Source: Actinomycetota bacterium (GTDB taxonomy: Bacteria > Actinomycetota > Acidimicrobiia > Acidimicrobiales > Ilumatobacteraceae). Taken from it: a DNA stretch of 46,572 nt. Below the pieces are notes generated by a model that was given only the letters and a program-made list of their open reading frames with translations, had not been told where the DNA came from and ran no database searches. Below are positions 1-9,140 of this stretch, piece after piece. Numbering within the stretch: the first letter of the stretch is position 1; every line of letters starts with the position of its first letter. The DNA is taken from the NCBI GenBank assembly GCA_009705865.1, contig WLSJ01000001.1:1-46572 (forward strand). Direction: 5' to 3'. The position numbers were made by a program, and so were the translations under genes.

Positions 1-1
1 A

Positions 2-382
2 CATATCGGCGCCAGCATTATCGGCTTAGAACGTCGTCTTGAATCGATGTCATCGCTCGGAAAAGGTCGTTCGCTACACCCAGTACAACGTCAAAAACTC
101 GCCGCGCTGATTTCTCAAGGAACTGCGTATAAGGCAGTCGCCCAAACTCAAGGCCCTGTCGCATCAACTGCTTCGTCACTAATGAAACTGGGCATCACAG
201 AAATGATGTTTGAAATGTCAATGTTGCGAGGCGACATCAGTGGCGCAGATGCCATGCTCGAAGGCCCAGATGCTCTCGGCATGATGTCAGCACCAGGGGG
301 CCGCATTGCCGGCGGAACCAGCCAAGTACAACGCAACATTATTGGCGAACGACTTCTCGGACTACCGCGAGAACCAAAATGA
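2..382 (+). CDS. acyl-CoA dehydrogenase, C-terminal fragment (5' end outside the window)
   Basis: The frame is open from nt 2 with no stop. The tail ...IAGGTSQVQRNIIGERLLGLPREPK matches the conserved ACAD C-terminal helix (GGT..IQRN.I.ER.LGLP). The stop TGA 380-382 overlaps the next ATG (ATGA). Confidence 0.8.
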   Translation, partial: HIGASIIGLERRLESMSSLGKGRSLHPVQRQKLAALISQGTAYKAVAQTQGPVASTASSLMKLGITEMMFEMSMLRGDISGADAMLEGPDALGMMSAPGGRIAGGTSQVQRNIIGERLLGLPREPK

Positions 383-1260
383 CACAACACATTGCGTGCC
401 ACGACGCGACCCTGATTCCATCTATTGACGGAACAACAATCGCTATTCATGATTTTGGTGGCGCCGGATCCCCTGTTCTTGTTTCCCATGCCACTGGTTT
501 CCACGCACATTGTTGGGAACCTCTCGCAGGCGCATTGACTGACCAGCATCACGTAGTCGGCCTTGACCACCGTGGGTACGGCGATGCAGAAACTATTGAT
601 CCTGCATCAATGACATGGAATCAATACGGGCTTGATGCATTAGCTGCTGCTCGCCATTTGTTTGCTCAACATAACGAACCGATCATTGGTATTGGACATT
701 CAATGGGTGGCGCATCACTATTGATGGCTGCACACAAGGAACCCGAACTATTCCGTGCATTGTTCGTGTTTGAACCAATTGTTTTCCCACCAGCGCCTCC
801 TGATGCGGCTGAACGCCCGAGCAGTCCGCTGCCTGCTGGCGCGCGCAAACGTCGCAGTCATTTCGATTCTTTTGATTCAGCAATTGAGAACTTTGCTGCA
901 AAGCCTCCGATGGCATCGTTTCACCCAATGGCACGGACCGCATACGTTCTTCACGGTTTCAAACCATCGCCAGAAGGTGGCATCGAATTGAAATGTCTTC
1001 CTGAACACGAAGCTCGCACTTATGAAACAGGCGGAGACAGTGATGCATGGATATCGCTTCCGGCTATTACGACTCCCGTGTGGGTTCTGTCAGGAGCACT
1101 TGCACCATTTCAGCCGTCAACATTTGCAGTAGCAGTTGCTGAGCAATTACCAATGAGCACGTTTGTGCGATGGGACGAACTCAGTCATTTTGGACCGCTA
1201 GAACAACCGCAGTTGTTGGCCAATTACATCTCGTCGGTGATCGCGACTTTTCCCTCATGA
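379..1260 (+). CDS. alpha/beta-fold hydrolase
   Basis: 293-aa ORF with the nucleophile elbow GHSMGG, an HG-type oxyanion region (VLVSHATGFH) and a C-terminal His (LSHFGP). It is coupled by ATGA overlaps to both neighbours. Confidence 0.85.
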   Translation: MTQHIACHDATLIPSIDGTTIAIHDFGGAGSPVLVSHATGFHAHCWEPLAGALTDQHHVVGLDHRGYGDAETIDPASMTWNQYGLDALAAARHLFAQHNEPIIGIGHSMGGASLLMAAHKEPELFRALFVFEPIVFPPAPPDAAERPSSPLPAGARKRRSHFDSFDSAIENFAAKPPMASFHPMARTAYVLHGFKPSPEGGIELKCLPEHEARTYETGGDSDAWISLPAITTPVWVLSGALAPFQPSTFAVAVAEQLPMSTFVRWDELSHFGPLEQPQLLANYISSVIATFPS

Positions 1261-1775
1261 GTTTCGACACCGTTGGCGACCGGATCTGTGAACCACTGCG
1301 TAATCACAAAATATCAAACACGCTCTTTGGTGTTGCGAGCACCGTGGGTGATTTCAGCATCATCTGGCACGTCATCGGATTTCTCTATGCGATTGGTTCC
1401 ATGCATCGACTACAACAAGCAGTTGCATTATCCATAGCTCTTGGTTGCGAAAGCATCATTGTTAATCAGGGAGTCAAGCGGCTTTTCAGACGTGAACGCC
1501 CCACGACGTCGGGTGATGATCGTTTTGATCTACGCACTCCGAGCACGTCCAGTTTCCCTAGTGGCCATGCGTCATCAGCCACCGTGGCTGCAATAATTCT
1601 TGTGACATTTACCGGAATGCCGTGGGCAATTTTGTGGGTTGCAATCGCAATCATCGTGGCGATGAGCCGCGTGGTGGTACGAATACACCACATGTCTGAC
1701 ATCGTGGGCGGCGTTATCACCGGCGCAGTGCTCGGAGCCATCATTGCTCCAATCATTTCTTCAATTATTGGCTAG
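1257..1775 (+). CDS. PAP2-family phosphatase (membrane phosphatidic acid / lipid phosphate phosphatase type)
   Basis: All three PAP2 motifs are present: KRLFRRERP, PSGH and SRVVVRIHHMSD. The protein has several hydrophobic helices. I chose ATG 1257, which overlaps the upstream stop (ATGA), over the upstream alternative start at 1170 in the ORF track. Confidence 0.85.
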   Translation: MSFDTVGDRICEPLRNHKISNTLFGVASTVGDFSIIWHVIGFLYAIGSMHRLQQAVALSIALGCESIIVNQGVKRLFRRERPTTSGDDRFDLRTPSTSSFPSGHASSATVAAIILVTFTGMPWAILWVAIAIIVAMSRVVVRIHHMSDIVGGVITGAVLGAIIAPIISSIIG

Positions 1776-1787
1776 TAGGTTGAATCC

Positions 1788-3248
1788 ATGAGCGAGAAGC
1801 GAATGAGCGATACTGAGTCACTGATGTGGCGCCTTGAAAAGGACCCGTATCTGGCCTCCACCTTTGCCAACATCACCATTCTTGATCGTCCACCAAATAT
1901 GGATGCGTTATACGAACGCATGGAACGGACATCAATTCTTTTTCCACGCTTACGTCGCCGCGTTCTGCCAGCTCCTGGCAATTTCGGAAACCCAACGTGG
2001 GTTGATGATCCATCATTCGATATTCGATACCACGTACGAAACATTTCACTGTCAGAGCCCGGCGATATGCGCCAACTACTCGATCTCACCACTCTGCTCG
2101 TGGCTGATCCGTTTGACCGATCTCGCCCACTATGGCATTTCATTATTGTGAATGGTTTGCGCGGTGGACGCAGTGCACTTATTCAAAAACTTCATCACAC
2201 CGTGACTGATGGTCAAGGCGGAGTTGAACTTTCGCTTCTCTATCTCGACCTTCAACGCGATCCGGGCCCATTGCCGGCAATTGACCCTGAAGTTCTCAAT
2301 GCCGTACACAACGTGTCCGAACCAGACTCCACCGAAGCACTACGCGGCGCAATGACAGATTCACTTCGCCTACCACTTGCCGTATTGCGCCAGGTACGTG
2401 ATGTTGTTTCAGACCCATCACTGATTGGCTCTCTTGGCACATCAACCACGGCAACCATCAAGGGCTTGATGGCGCAGTTAAACGAAGTTGATTCTTCTCG
2501 ATCTCCTCTATGGACTTCACGGTCACTGCGTCGTCGATTAGAAACAACCAGAGTGTCGTACCACGACATGCGTGGTGCAGCCAAAGCACTCGGCGGAACC
2601 TTGAATACTTCGTTCATCACCGCAGTTGCTCATGCAGCTGGCAACTACCACCGCGAGATGGGTGCACCAGTCGAATCATTACGCGCTTCAATGGCCATCA
2701 GCACAAGAAATGAAAACAGCGGTAGCAATGCTTTTACGCTCGCACGCATGTTGGTACCAACTGGTGAGATGCCCATCGCCGAACGTTTCTCAGCTGTCAA
2801 CGAAATACTGATCAGCGCACGTTCCAATGCGTCTGCTTCATCGTTGGACGCAATAGCAGCGGTGTCGTCAGTGATTCCTACTTCTATTGTGACTCGCCTC
2901 GCACGGTCTCAAGCAGAAACCGTCGATTTTGCTACCTCAAACGTGCGCAGTGCAGGAGTACCGCTATTCATGGCTGGGTCACAGTTGCTGGAAAATTATC
3001 CGGTAGGACCACTTGGTGGAGTTGCGTTCAACGTGACACTGATGTCATATCTCGGAAGTCTTGACTGCGGAATCAATATTGACGAAGCAGCAATTGAAAG
3101 CCCAACATTGTTGCGCGAGTCTCTCTCGCAAGCATTTACAGAACTCTCTGCGCACGCGCCAGAACGCGATAGTGCGTCGCCTAGCCCAAAGGGCAACGAC
3201 AAAGCGTCAACTAAACGGCAGCGACGGTGGTGGCGACGCTCGCAGTGA
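1788..3248 (+). CDS. wax ester synthase / diacylglycerol acyltransferase (WS/DGAT)
   Basis: 486 aa. The catalytic HHxxxDG motif reads HHTVTDG at nt 2193-2213, and the N-terminus (MWRLEKDP...) is typical of the actinobacterial WS/DGAT family. Confidence 0.9.
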   Translation: MSEKRMSDTESLMWRLEKDPYLASTFANITILDRPPNMDALYERMERTSILFPRLRRRVLPAPGNFGNPTWVDDPSFDIRYHVRNISLSEPGDMRQLLDLTTLLVADPFDRSRPLWHFIIVNGLRGGRSALIQKLHHTVTDGQGGVELSLLYLDLQRDPGPLPAIDPEVLNAVHNVSEPDSTEALRGAMTDSLRLPLAVLRQVRDVVSDPSLIGSLGTSTTATIKGLMAQLNEVDSSRSPLWTSRSLRRRLETTRVSYHDMRGAAKALGGTLNTSFITAVAHAAGNYHREMGAPVESLRASMAISTRNENSGSNAFTLARMLVPTGEMPIAERFSAVNEILISARSNASASSLDAIAAVSSVIPTSIVTRLARSQAETVDFATSNVRSAGVPLFMAGSQLLENYPVGPLGGVAFNVTLMSYLGSLDCGINIDEAAIESPTLLRESLSQAFTELSAHAPERDSASPSPKGNDKASTKRQRRWWRRSQ

Positions 3249-3381
3249 GCAAGCCACGAAGGTCGAGCAACAAGTCGCCCACTTCAACCGACGAGACCAA
3301 TTCACGTCGCAACATTTCTGCCAACGCTTTATCAATGACGGCAAGCGCCTCTGTGATCACTGTGTCGTGAGTGTCGATCAT
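3211..3381 (-). CDS. small hypothetical helical protein (56 aa)
   Basis: This is the only plausible coding frame in the 279-nt gap between WS/DGAT and the SDR. ATG 3381 is preceded by GAGGAG (3394-3389) at a 7-nt spacing. The product is MIDTHDTVITEALAVIDKALAEMLRRELVSSVEVGDLLLDLRGLL.... A longer version starting at ATG 3516 is possible. The 3' end overlaps the WS/DGAT stop region by 38 nt. Confidence 0.45.
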   Translation of the reverse strand: MIDTHDTVITEALAVIDKALAEMLRRELVSSVEVGDLLLDLRGLLTASVATTVAAV

Positions 3382-3388
3382 TGTGGTG

Positions 3389-3394
3389 CTCCTC
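3389..3394 (-). promoter_or_regulatory. Shine-Dalgarno-like GAGGAG for the small ORF
   Basis: The minus strand reads GAGAGGAG-CACCACA-ATG. Confidence 0.45.
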
Positions 3395-3527
3395 TCGGTA
3401 TCAAACGGAAATTCCGATTGCTCGGTTCCGCCCGATACCCCCATCGTACAGATGGGCTGACCCAACATGCGGACATCCGTGAATCTCTGGTACTTCGCCT
3501 CAGTGACGCGTGCCATAGGGTAAGGAC

Positions 3528-4346
3528 ATGAATCTTGAAGGTAAAACAACCGTAGTAACAGGCGCAGCCAATGGCATCGGCGCAGCCCTCTCGCGACGTT
3601 TCCACGCAGCAGGGGCCCGCGTGGTTCTTGCCGACCGTGACGCAGCAAATTTGAAGCTCGTCGAAAAAGAACTCAACGCAATTCGCCCTGACAGCGCATT
3701 CGCAGTTGTTGCTGATATCGGAACCGAAGCTGGAAACGTCGCCCTGATCGACGCAGCACGCGCCAAGTTTGGATTCATCGATTTGTTCTACGCAAATGCC
3801 GGCGTCGGCATGGGTACAGACCTTGAATCAACTGATGAAGAGACATGGAATACCGCCATGGACATCAACTTGCACTCACACCGTTGGGCAGCAAAACATT
3901 TGATGGGTGAATGGCTCGCAGCTGGCGAAGGATATTTTTGCAGCACTGCATCAGCTGCCGGATTGTTGTCTCAAATCGGAAGCGGCCCCTACAGCGTCAC
4001 CAAACATGGTGCAGTGGCATTCGCTGAATGGCTTTCCATTACGTACGGAGACCGTGGCGTGCGAGTTACAACCTTGTGCCCTCAAGGCGTCAACACAAAT
4101 ATGTTGAACCCACCTGATGCAGAAAAAGGCATCGGAAATACTGACGGCGGCAGTGCCGTAAAAGCATCTGGAGCAGTTCTTGAGCCATCAGAAGTTGCTG
4201 ACATCGTGTACAACACAATTGTTGCCGAGAAATTCTTAGTCATGCCTCACCCAGAAGTGCACACATACGAAAAGCGCAAGGTTGACGATCGTGACCGCTG
4301 GCTAGCAGGCATGCGACGCTTGCAAGCTCGCGTTGCTGGCGACTGA
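3528..4346 (+). CDS. short-chain dehydrogenase/reductase (SDR)
   Basis: It has the cofactor motif TGAANGIGAA, NAG (YANAGVG) and the catalytic YSVTKHG (YxxxK). Confidence 0.9.
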   Translation: MNLEGKTTVVTGAANGIGAALSRRFHAAGARVVLADRDAANLKLVEKELNAIRPDSAFAVVADIGTEAGNVALIDAARAKFGFIDLFYANAGVGMGTDLESTDEETWNTAMDINLHSHRWAAKHLMGEWLAAGEGYFCSTASAAGLLSQIGSGPYSVTKHGAVAFAEWLSITYGDRGVRVTTLCPQGVNTNMLNPPDAEKGIGNTDGGSAVKASGAVLEPSEVADIVYNTIVAEKFLVMPHPEVHTYEKRKVDDRDRWLAGMRRLQARVAGD

Positions 4347-4380
4347 TAACCCAGACAGTTTCGTGTTCTAGAGTTTGCGC

Positions 4381-5406
4381 ATGGCAATACGACTAGACCC
4401 CGCTGACGAATACATGCACGAACTCGGCCCAGAGTCGAACTTCAACGAAAGCATGTACATCAATTGTTTCGACCCTAAGACTCAAGTCGGTGGTTGGTTT
4501 CGCATGGGCAACCGCGCGAACGAGGGATACGCCGAAATGACCATTTGCATTTATTTGCCGAATGGTCGCGTTGGTTTTATGTTCAAGCGTCCAAATATTG
4601 ATAACAACGATGCACTTGATGCCGGCGGTCTGACATGGACCATGGTGAAGCCATTTGAAGAATTACGCATTGACTATGTCGGCAAAGTGGTGGTGCTTGA
4701 TAATCCACACGAGATGGCAGATCCTAAAACAGCTTTCGCGAATAATCCGTTTGTGGAATGCGAAGCTCACATCACATTTACTGGCCAAGGTAAGCCCAGC
4801 ATGTTTGGCGGTGAGCCTGATGTGCCACACGAAGCACCGGGCGAAGAGTTTGCTAAAGGCCACTACGAACAATTAGTCACGGCAACTGGATCCATTCGCG
4901 TCGGCGACGAAGAGTTTGCAATCAATGGCTTCGGATTACGCGATCACTCGTGGGGCCCACGCTTCTGGCAAGCACCGTGGTACTACCGCTGGCTCACTGC
5001 AAACTTCGGTGAGAACCTTGGCTTCATGGCGAGCCGCGTTGCAAAGAAAGATTCAGCTGGCTCACGCGGAGGGTTCGTGTGGGACAACGGCAAGATTCAC
5101 CTGTGTGACGACGTACAAATTTCTACTGTCACTGTTGGTGAAGATAACTACCACGACAAGGTCACAGGTGTCATTAAGTCATCGCGCTCAAACAAAGAGT
5201 GGAATTTTGAAGGCGAAGTCACCAGCCTTATTCCGCTACGTAACCGTCGCCAAGACCCCGATGGAAATTGGCTAATGACGCGTATTAGTGAAGGCATGAC
5301 CAAGTGGCGTATCACTTCTGGAGAACATGAAGGCGCAACAGGCTTCGGAATGTCTGAATATCTTGATCAAATCATCGACGATGCACCTGTAGGTATCGCC
5401 GAGTAG
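4381..5406 (+). CDS. conserved hypothetical protein, function unknown
   Basis: Long ORF (341 aa from ATG 4381; the track starts at TTG 4375) with protein-like composition and an RDHSWGPRFW motif. I cannot assign a family with confidence. Confidence 0.7.
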   Translation: MAIRLDPADEYMHELGPESNFNESMYINCFDPKTQVGGWFRMGNRANEGYAEMTICIYLPNGRVGFMFKRPNIDNNDALDAGGLTWTMVKPFEELRIDYVGKVVVLDNPHEMADPKTAFANNPFVECEAHITFTGQGKPSMFGGEPDVPHEAPGEEFAKGHYEQLVTATGSIRVGDEEFAINGFGLRDHSWGPRFWQAPWYYRWLTANFGENLGFMASRVAKKDSAGSRGGFVWDNGKIHLCDDVQISTVTVGEDNYHDKVTGVIKSSRSNKEWNFEGEVTSLIPLRNRRQDPDGNWLMTRISEGMTKWRITSGEHEGATGFGMSEYLDQIIDDAPVGIAE

Positions 5407-5455
5407 CGATTCGCTACCCTCAATCGTTGACACATTCACTGGGTACTGTGCGGAT

Positions 5456-8383
5456 ATGCGCATTCCCCGTTTAATACTCACTCTTCTTCTTGTTGGCACA
5501 CCCGTTGCCGCGGTGGTTGCCACATCGTCAGTTGCACTGGCAGATCCGTTTACGTATTCAAGTATTGACGTTGGCAACCAGGCTGTGTGTGCAGTCACAA
5601 CCGACGGAACAGGGCTTTGCTGGGGAAGCAATCGCGACCAATATCTCATCTCGACTTCTCACGATGATGTTGTTCCTACTCCCACGAAAATTTCACTACC
5701 AAATAACGATCGATTCGTCTCGCTTGACGGCGGTGCAAATCGCACATGGTGTGGGTTAGCAACATCGGGGAATGTGTACTGCTGGGGAGATCACCACATC
5801 GGAAGCTATTTCACTCCTACGTCTCGCACGCCAGTTGCCGTTGAATTCCCGCACGCAATGACAATTACCGAAGTCCACAGTGGTTACAGCAATGGTTGCG
5901 CACTAAACACTGACGGTGAACTGTGGTGTTGGGGAGACATTCTTGAATCAGGAAGTGGCGAAACCGAGCCCATGCGCACCCCTGTCAAAGTTGCTATTCC
6001 ACGTGGGGAGCGCGTCATAGATTTTGACAATGGCGGAGCTTCATGCGCCGTTACTGATCTCGGAAACATCTATTGCTGGGGTCATTCAAACGGCGCGGGT
6101 CAATTAGGCATCGGATACGTCAACAACTTTGCTTACGCAGTGTCCGTCACTCCCCTCAAAGTTCTTACACCTATTGGTGTTGCATTTGCATCTGTCACTA
6201 CTGGCCTTGAACATTCTTGTGCACTGTCCACAACAGGTAACGGGTATTGCTGGGGCGACAACTACGAAGGCCTCTTTGGAAACAACTCAATAGTCGATAG
6301 TCCGACCCCTACAGCAATGATCGTGCCAGACAATGAAAAACTTGCACTCATTACAACCGGTTGGTACCACACGTGCGTACTCACCATCTCTGGGAAAACA
6401 TGGTGCATGGGCCGAGGTGACTTCGGTGAACTAGGCACAGGCACATCACTTGGCGGCAAGACTTACCGCACTCCCCTTGTTCCTACAGGCACGCAGTTCA
6501 GCACCATCAGTGCAGCACTCGGCACTACCTGTGGCATCTCGCTCGACAACAAGGCGTGGTGTTGGGGTGGTCTGAATTGGGGTACCAGTGGAAACGGAAG
6601 CATTGTTGCTTCTCTTTCTCCCTCAGTCATTGCGGCCGTCGGCACGCCCACCGTGTCTCTTAGTGCTGCCACAAACATTGATGCAGAAGCAGCAACCATT
6701 CGCGGCACAGTGAATGCAAACGGCAATGCCACGCGCATGTCGGTGGAATTTTCCGTCTCCCCAACATTTACTACCTCACGCAACACATCCGTCTTTACCG
6801 TGTTACGCGATGGCAACTACACACCGGTTGCAATTCCTACCGACCTCAGTGGGCTCGAGCCGCGCACTACCTATTACGCACGCATGATTGCAACTAATAC
6901 TTTTGGTTCAACTGTCAGCAATGTCATTTCACTCACCACTCTTGGTACAGAACCAGAAGTCTCTGATCTGAATATCTCTGATATCACGGGCAACGAAGCA
7001 AGCGTCTCGGCCTCAGTCAACCCTGGCCGACTTTCAACATCATCAATTCTTGAATATTCACAAGACAAAACATTTGTCTCGGATGTCACTTCTGTGTCTC
7101 TCGTTTCTATCAGAGGGTCTGAAACCCAAACTTTGACTGCGTCGCTCTCCGGGCTTCATGCCCGCACCACGTATTACGTACGAGTGACCTCTACTAACCA
7201 GCTTGGCAGTACCCATTCACGAGTTGCCTCGTTTATAACCATCGGTGCCCTGCCGCAAGCGACACTCACTTCAGTAGCAAGTTCCCTTTCGTCGATAACA
7301 GCAACAGTCTCAGTTGATACTGGCCTGTTATCTGGATTTGTGCATCTGGAAGCTTCTCAGGACCCGAACTTCAAGGATTCAATCTCATCAAACGTCAGCA
7401 ACTTTGTTAGCGGCGGACCCACACAACATTCGCTCGCAATCACTGGTTTATCAAACCGCACTAATTACTTCATCAGAGCCATTGCAACGAACGAGCTCGG
7501 GTCATTCACCACCGAACCGCAGAGCGTGCGGACTGCCGGAGGAATCCCCTCAGTTTCGACAATTCACATTGTTCCCCAGATCGAATCAGCAACACTTGGA
7601 ACCACAATCGAGACCACAGGACTTGAGACATTTGTTGTTGCCAAAGTGTCTACCAATGTAGACATGTCCGAACCCACCGAACACTTCATGTATTCAGGAA
7701 CGGCTAGTGGTCACCAATCATTGACCGTCAAAGATCTACAACCCCGAGTGCTGTACTTTGTGCAGATCGTTGCCACTAACGCGGCTGGCACCACCAATTC
7801 AGAGGTCGCATCGTTCACGGCACTTTCCCCTGTCGGTGTGGTGATTAACGGAGATGATGAATCCACAACTTCACTATCCGTCACTTTGAACATCACGGTT
7901 CCGCACAACACGGCAGCCGTTCGCATTTCAAACTATGCCGACTATCGCAATGCGCGAGTGGTCAAGCCCACTGAATCACTGTCATGGCAATTACTGACAA
8001 TTGCCAAATCTCAAACAGAACGCACTGTCTGGTTGCAATTTATTTCAACATCTGGGGTCGTCACTACATATTTCGACACAATTGCCGTCTCCTTAGAAAC
8101 AAACCAAACTCCCCCGCCAGACACCACCGTTGTTGAATCACCGGTGGTGATCGCATCTCAACGTTCACCCATCCGCACCGCCACCGTGATCGCGCGTGGT
8201 ACTCGCGCAAATATCGTACGTATCCAAACCAAAATTGGTAAGAAAATCTCCTCGCGTACAACAGCAAAGAAGTCAGGGACTTTCACAGTCGCTTTTCCGA
8301 AAGGCATCACACGAATGCAAGTTCGTTTTGTCAATAAGTCTGGTGCAGTCTCACAATGGACCACTGTTTCATCACACAAGTAA
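5456..8383 (+). CDS. secreted RCC1-repeat beta-propeller protein with Fn3-like repeats
   Basis: Signal peptide MRIPRLILTLLLVGTPVAAVVATSSVALA. Seven blades about 50 aa apart carry the motifs GLCWGSN, VYCWGDH, LWCWGDI, IYCWGHSNGAGQLG, GYCWGDNYEGLFG, TWCMGRGDFGELG and AWCWGG. These are followed by four roughly 95-aa repeat modules and an Ig-like C-terminal region. Confidence 0.85.
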   Translation: MRIPRLILTLLLVGTPVAAVVATSSVALADPFTYSSIDVGNQAVCAVTTDGTGLCWGSNRDQYLISTSHDDVVPTPTKISLPNNDRFVSLDGGANRTWCGLATSGNVYCWGDHHIGSYFTPTSRTPVAVEFPHAMTITEVHSGYSNGCALNTDGELWCWGDILESGSGETEPMRTPVKVAIPRGERVIDFDNGGASCAVTDLGNIYCWGHSNGAGQLGIGYVNNFAYAVSVTPLKVLTPIGVAFASVTTGLEHSCALSTTGNGYCWGDNYEGLFGNNSIVDSPTPTAMIVPDNEKLALITTGWYHTCVLTISGKTWCMGRGDFGELGTGTSLGGKTYRTPLVPTGTQFSTISAALGTTCGISLDNKAWCWGGLNWGTSGNGSIVASLSPSVIAAVGTPTVSLSAATNIDAEAATIRGTVNANGNATRMSVEFSVSPTFTTSRNTSVFTVLRDGNYTPVAIPTDLSGLEPRTTYYARMIATNTFGSTVSNVISLTTLGTEPEVSDLNISDITGNEASVSASVNPGRLSTSSILEYSQDKTFVSDVTSVSLVSIRGSETQTLTASLSGLHARTTYYVRVTSTNQLGSTHSRVASFITIGALPQATLTSVASSLSSITATVSVDTGLLSGFVHLEASQDPNFKDSISSNVSNFVSGGPTQHSLAITGLSNRTNYFIRAIATNELGSFTTEPQSVRTAGGIPSVSTIHIVPQIESATLGTTIETTGLETFVVAKVSTNVDMSEPTEHFMYSGTASGHQSLTVKDLQPRVLYFVQIVATNAAGTTNSEVASFTALSPVGVVINGDDESTTSLSVTLNITVPHNTAAVRISNYADYRNARVVKPTESLSWQLLTIAKSQTERTVWLQFISTSGVVTTYFDTIAVSLETNQTPPPDTTVVESPVVIASQRSPIRTATVIARGTRANIVRIQTKIGKKISSRTTAKKSGTFTVAFPKGITRMQVRFVNKSGAVSQWTTVSSHK
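6647..7825 (+). repeat. four tandem roughly 95-aa Fn3-like modules inside the RCC1 protein
   Basis: Each module ends with the same signature: GLEPRTTYYARMIATNTFGSTVSNVISLTT, GLHARTTYYVRVTSTNQLGSTHSRVASFIT, GLSNRTNYFIRAIATNELGSFTTEPQSVRT and LQPRVLYFVQIVATNAAGTTNSEVASFTA. The repeats are diverged at the nucleotide level. Confidence 0.7.
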
Positions 8384-8392
8384 AACTTTGAG

Positions 8393-9124
8393 CTAGTTGT
8401 TTGCAGTGCGATTCAGGAATTGATGAGCAACGTCTGCATTACCAATGACTTCAAGTGACGACATAGGAATTCTGCGCCACAGTGCGAGCAAAAGATCTTG
8501 AGCAGTTCCTCGTAATGCACAGTCTCCCTTTGCATGTTCACGAGTCACAATGACTTCTGTTGTCTCTGTAGGCACAATTAGCCATTCACCATCAACGTCT
8601 GTGCAGTGAATGTGCACTGATCCGCTCAATACGTCTTCTTCTTCGCGGACATTGTGCACCGCCATTACATGTATGAACTCATCGATGCCATCACTTGCTA
8701 GGACGGAATCGATATGGGTTGTTTTGCCGGCCGCAGAATGTGCATCCCATGAATGAACTGCTGTCTCGTGAGCCATCCGCCGAATTACCCAGGCAACATC
8801 CTGGATGCCAGCCCATGTCCAGCATGAACGCGCAGGGTCAATAGACGATAAAACACTGATGAGCTCCTCGAGGCCCTTGCGGTATTCAGAGAGAAGATCT
8901 TTGTCGGCAGGCTTCGAACGCGGTACGTAATCATCGGGGTTCATCATGTGGCTTTCCACGATGAACTTCCATGAATAATGCACTTCGATCATGTGCCACA
9001 ACAGATCAGTTCCTACCCACGGTTCGCAGGAAGCAATGGGTGACGACATGGCAGTTGCTACAGAATCTGCAAATGCTACGCCTTCATGTCGCAATATTGC
9101 GAGGTAATCAGAAGACGTCAGCAT
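8393..9124 (-). CDS. mycothiol-dependent maleylpyruvate isomerase / DinB-family protein
   Basis: 243 aa with a DinB-like N-terminal four-helix region (LRHEGVAFADSV..., WVIRRMAHETAVHSWD) and the C-terminal domain typical of the actinobacterial mycothiol-dependent family. Confidence 0.75.
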   Translation of the reverse strand: MLTSSDYLAILRHEGVAFADSVATAMSSPIASCEPWVGTDLLWHMIEVHYSWKFIVESHMMNPDDYVPRSKPADKDLLSEYRKGLEELISVLSSIDPARSCWTWAGIQDVAWVIRRMAHETAVHSWDAHSAAGKTTHIDSVLASDGIDEFIHVMAVHNVREEEDVLSGSVHIHCTDVDGEWLIVPTETTEVIVTREHAKGDCALRGTAQDLLLALWRRIPMSSLEVIGNADVAHQFLNRTANN

Positions 9125-9140
9125 GATCTATTGAACGCAA

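Noticed and set aside
5427-5449. TTGACA (5427-5432) with TACTGT (5444-5449) as a promoter for the RCC1 gene.
   Set aside because: The spacer is only 11 nt, and no acceptable -10 lies at 16-19 nt. This is not enough evidence to call a promoter.
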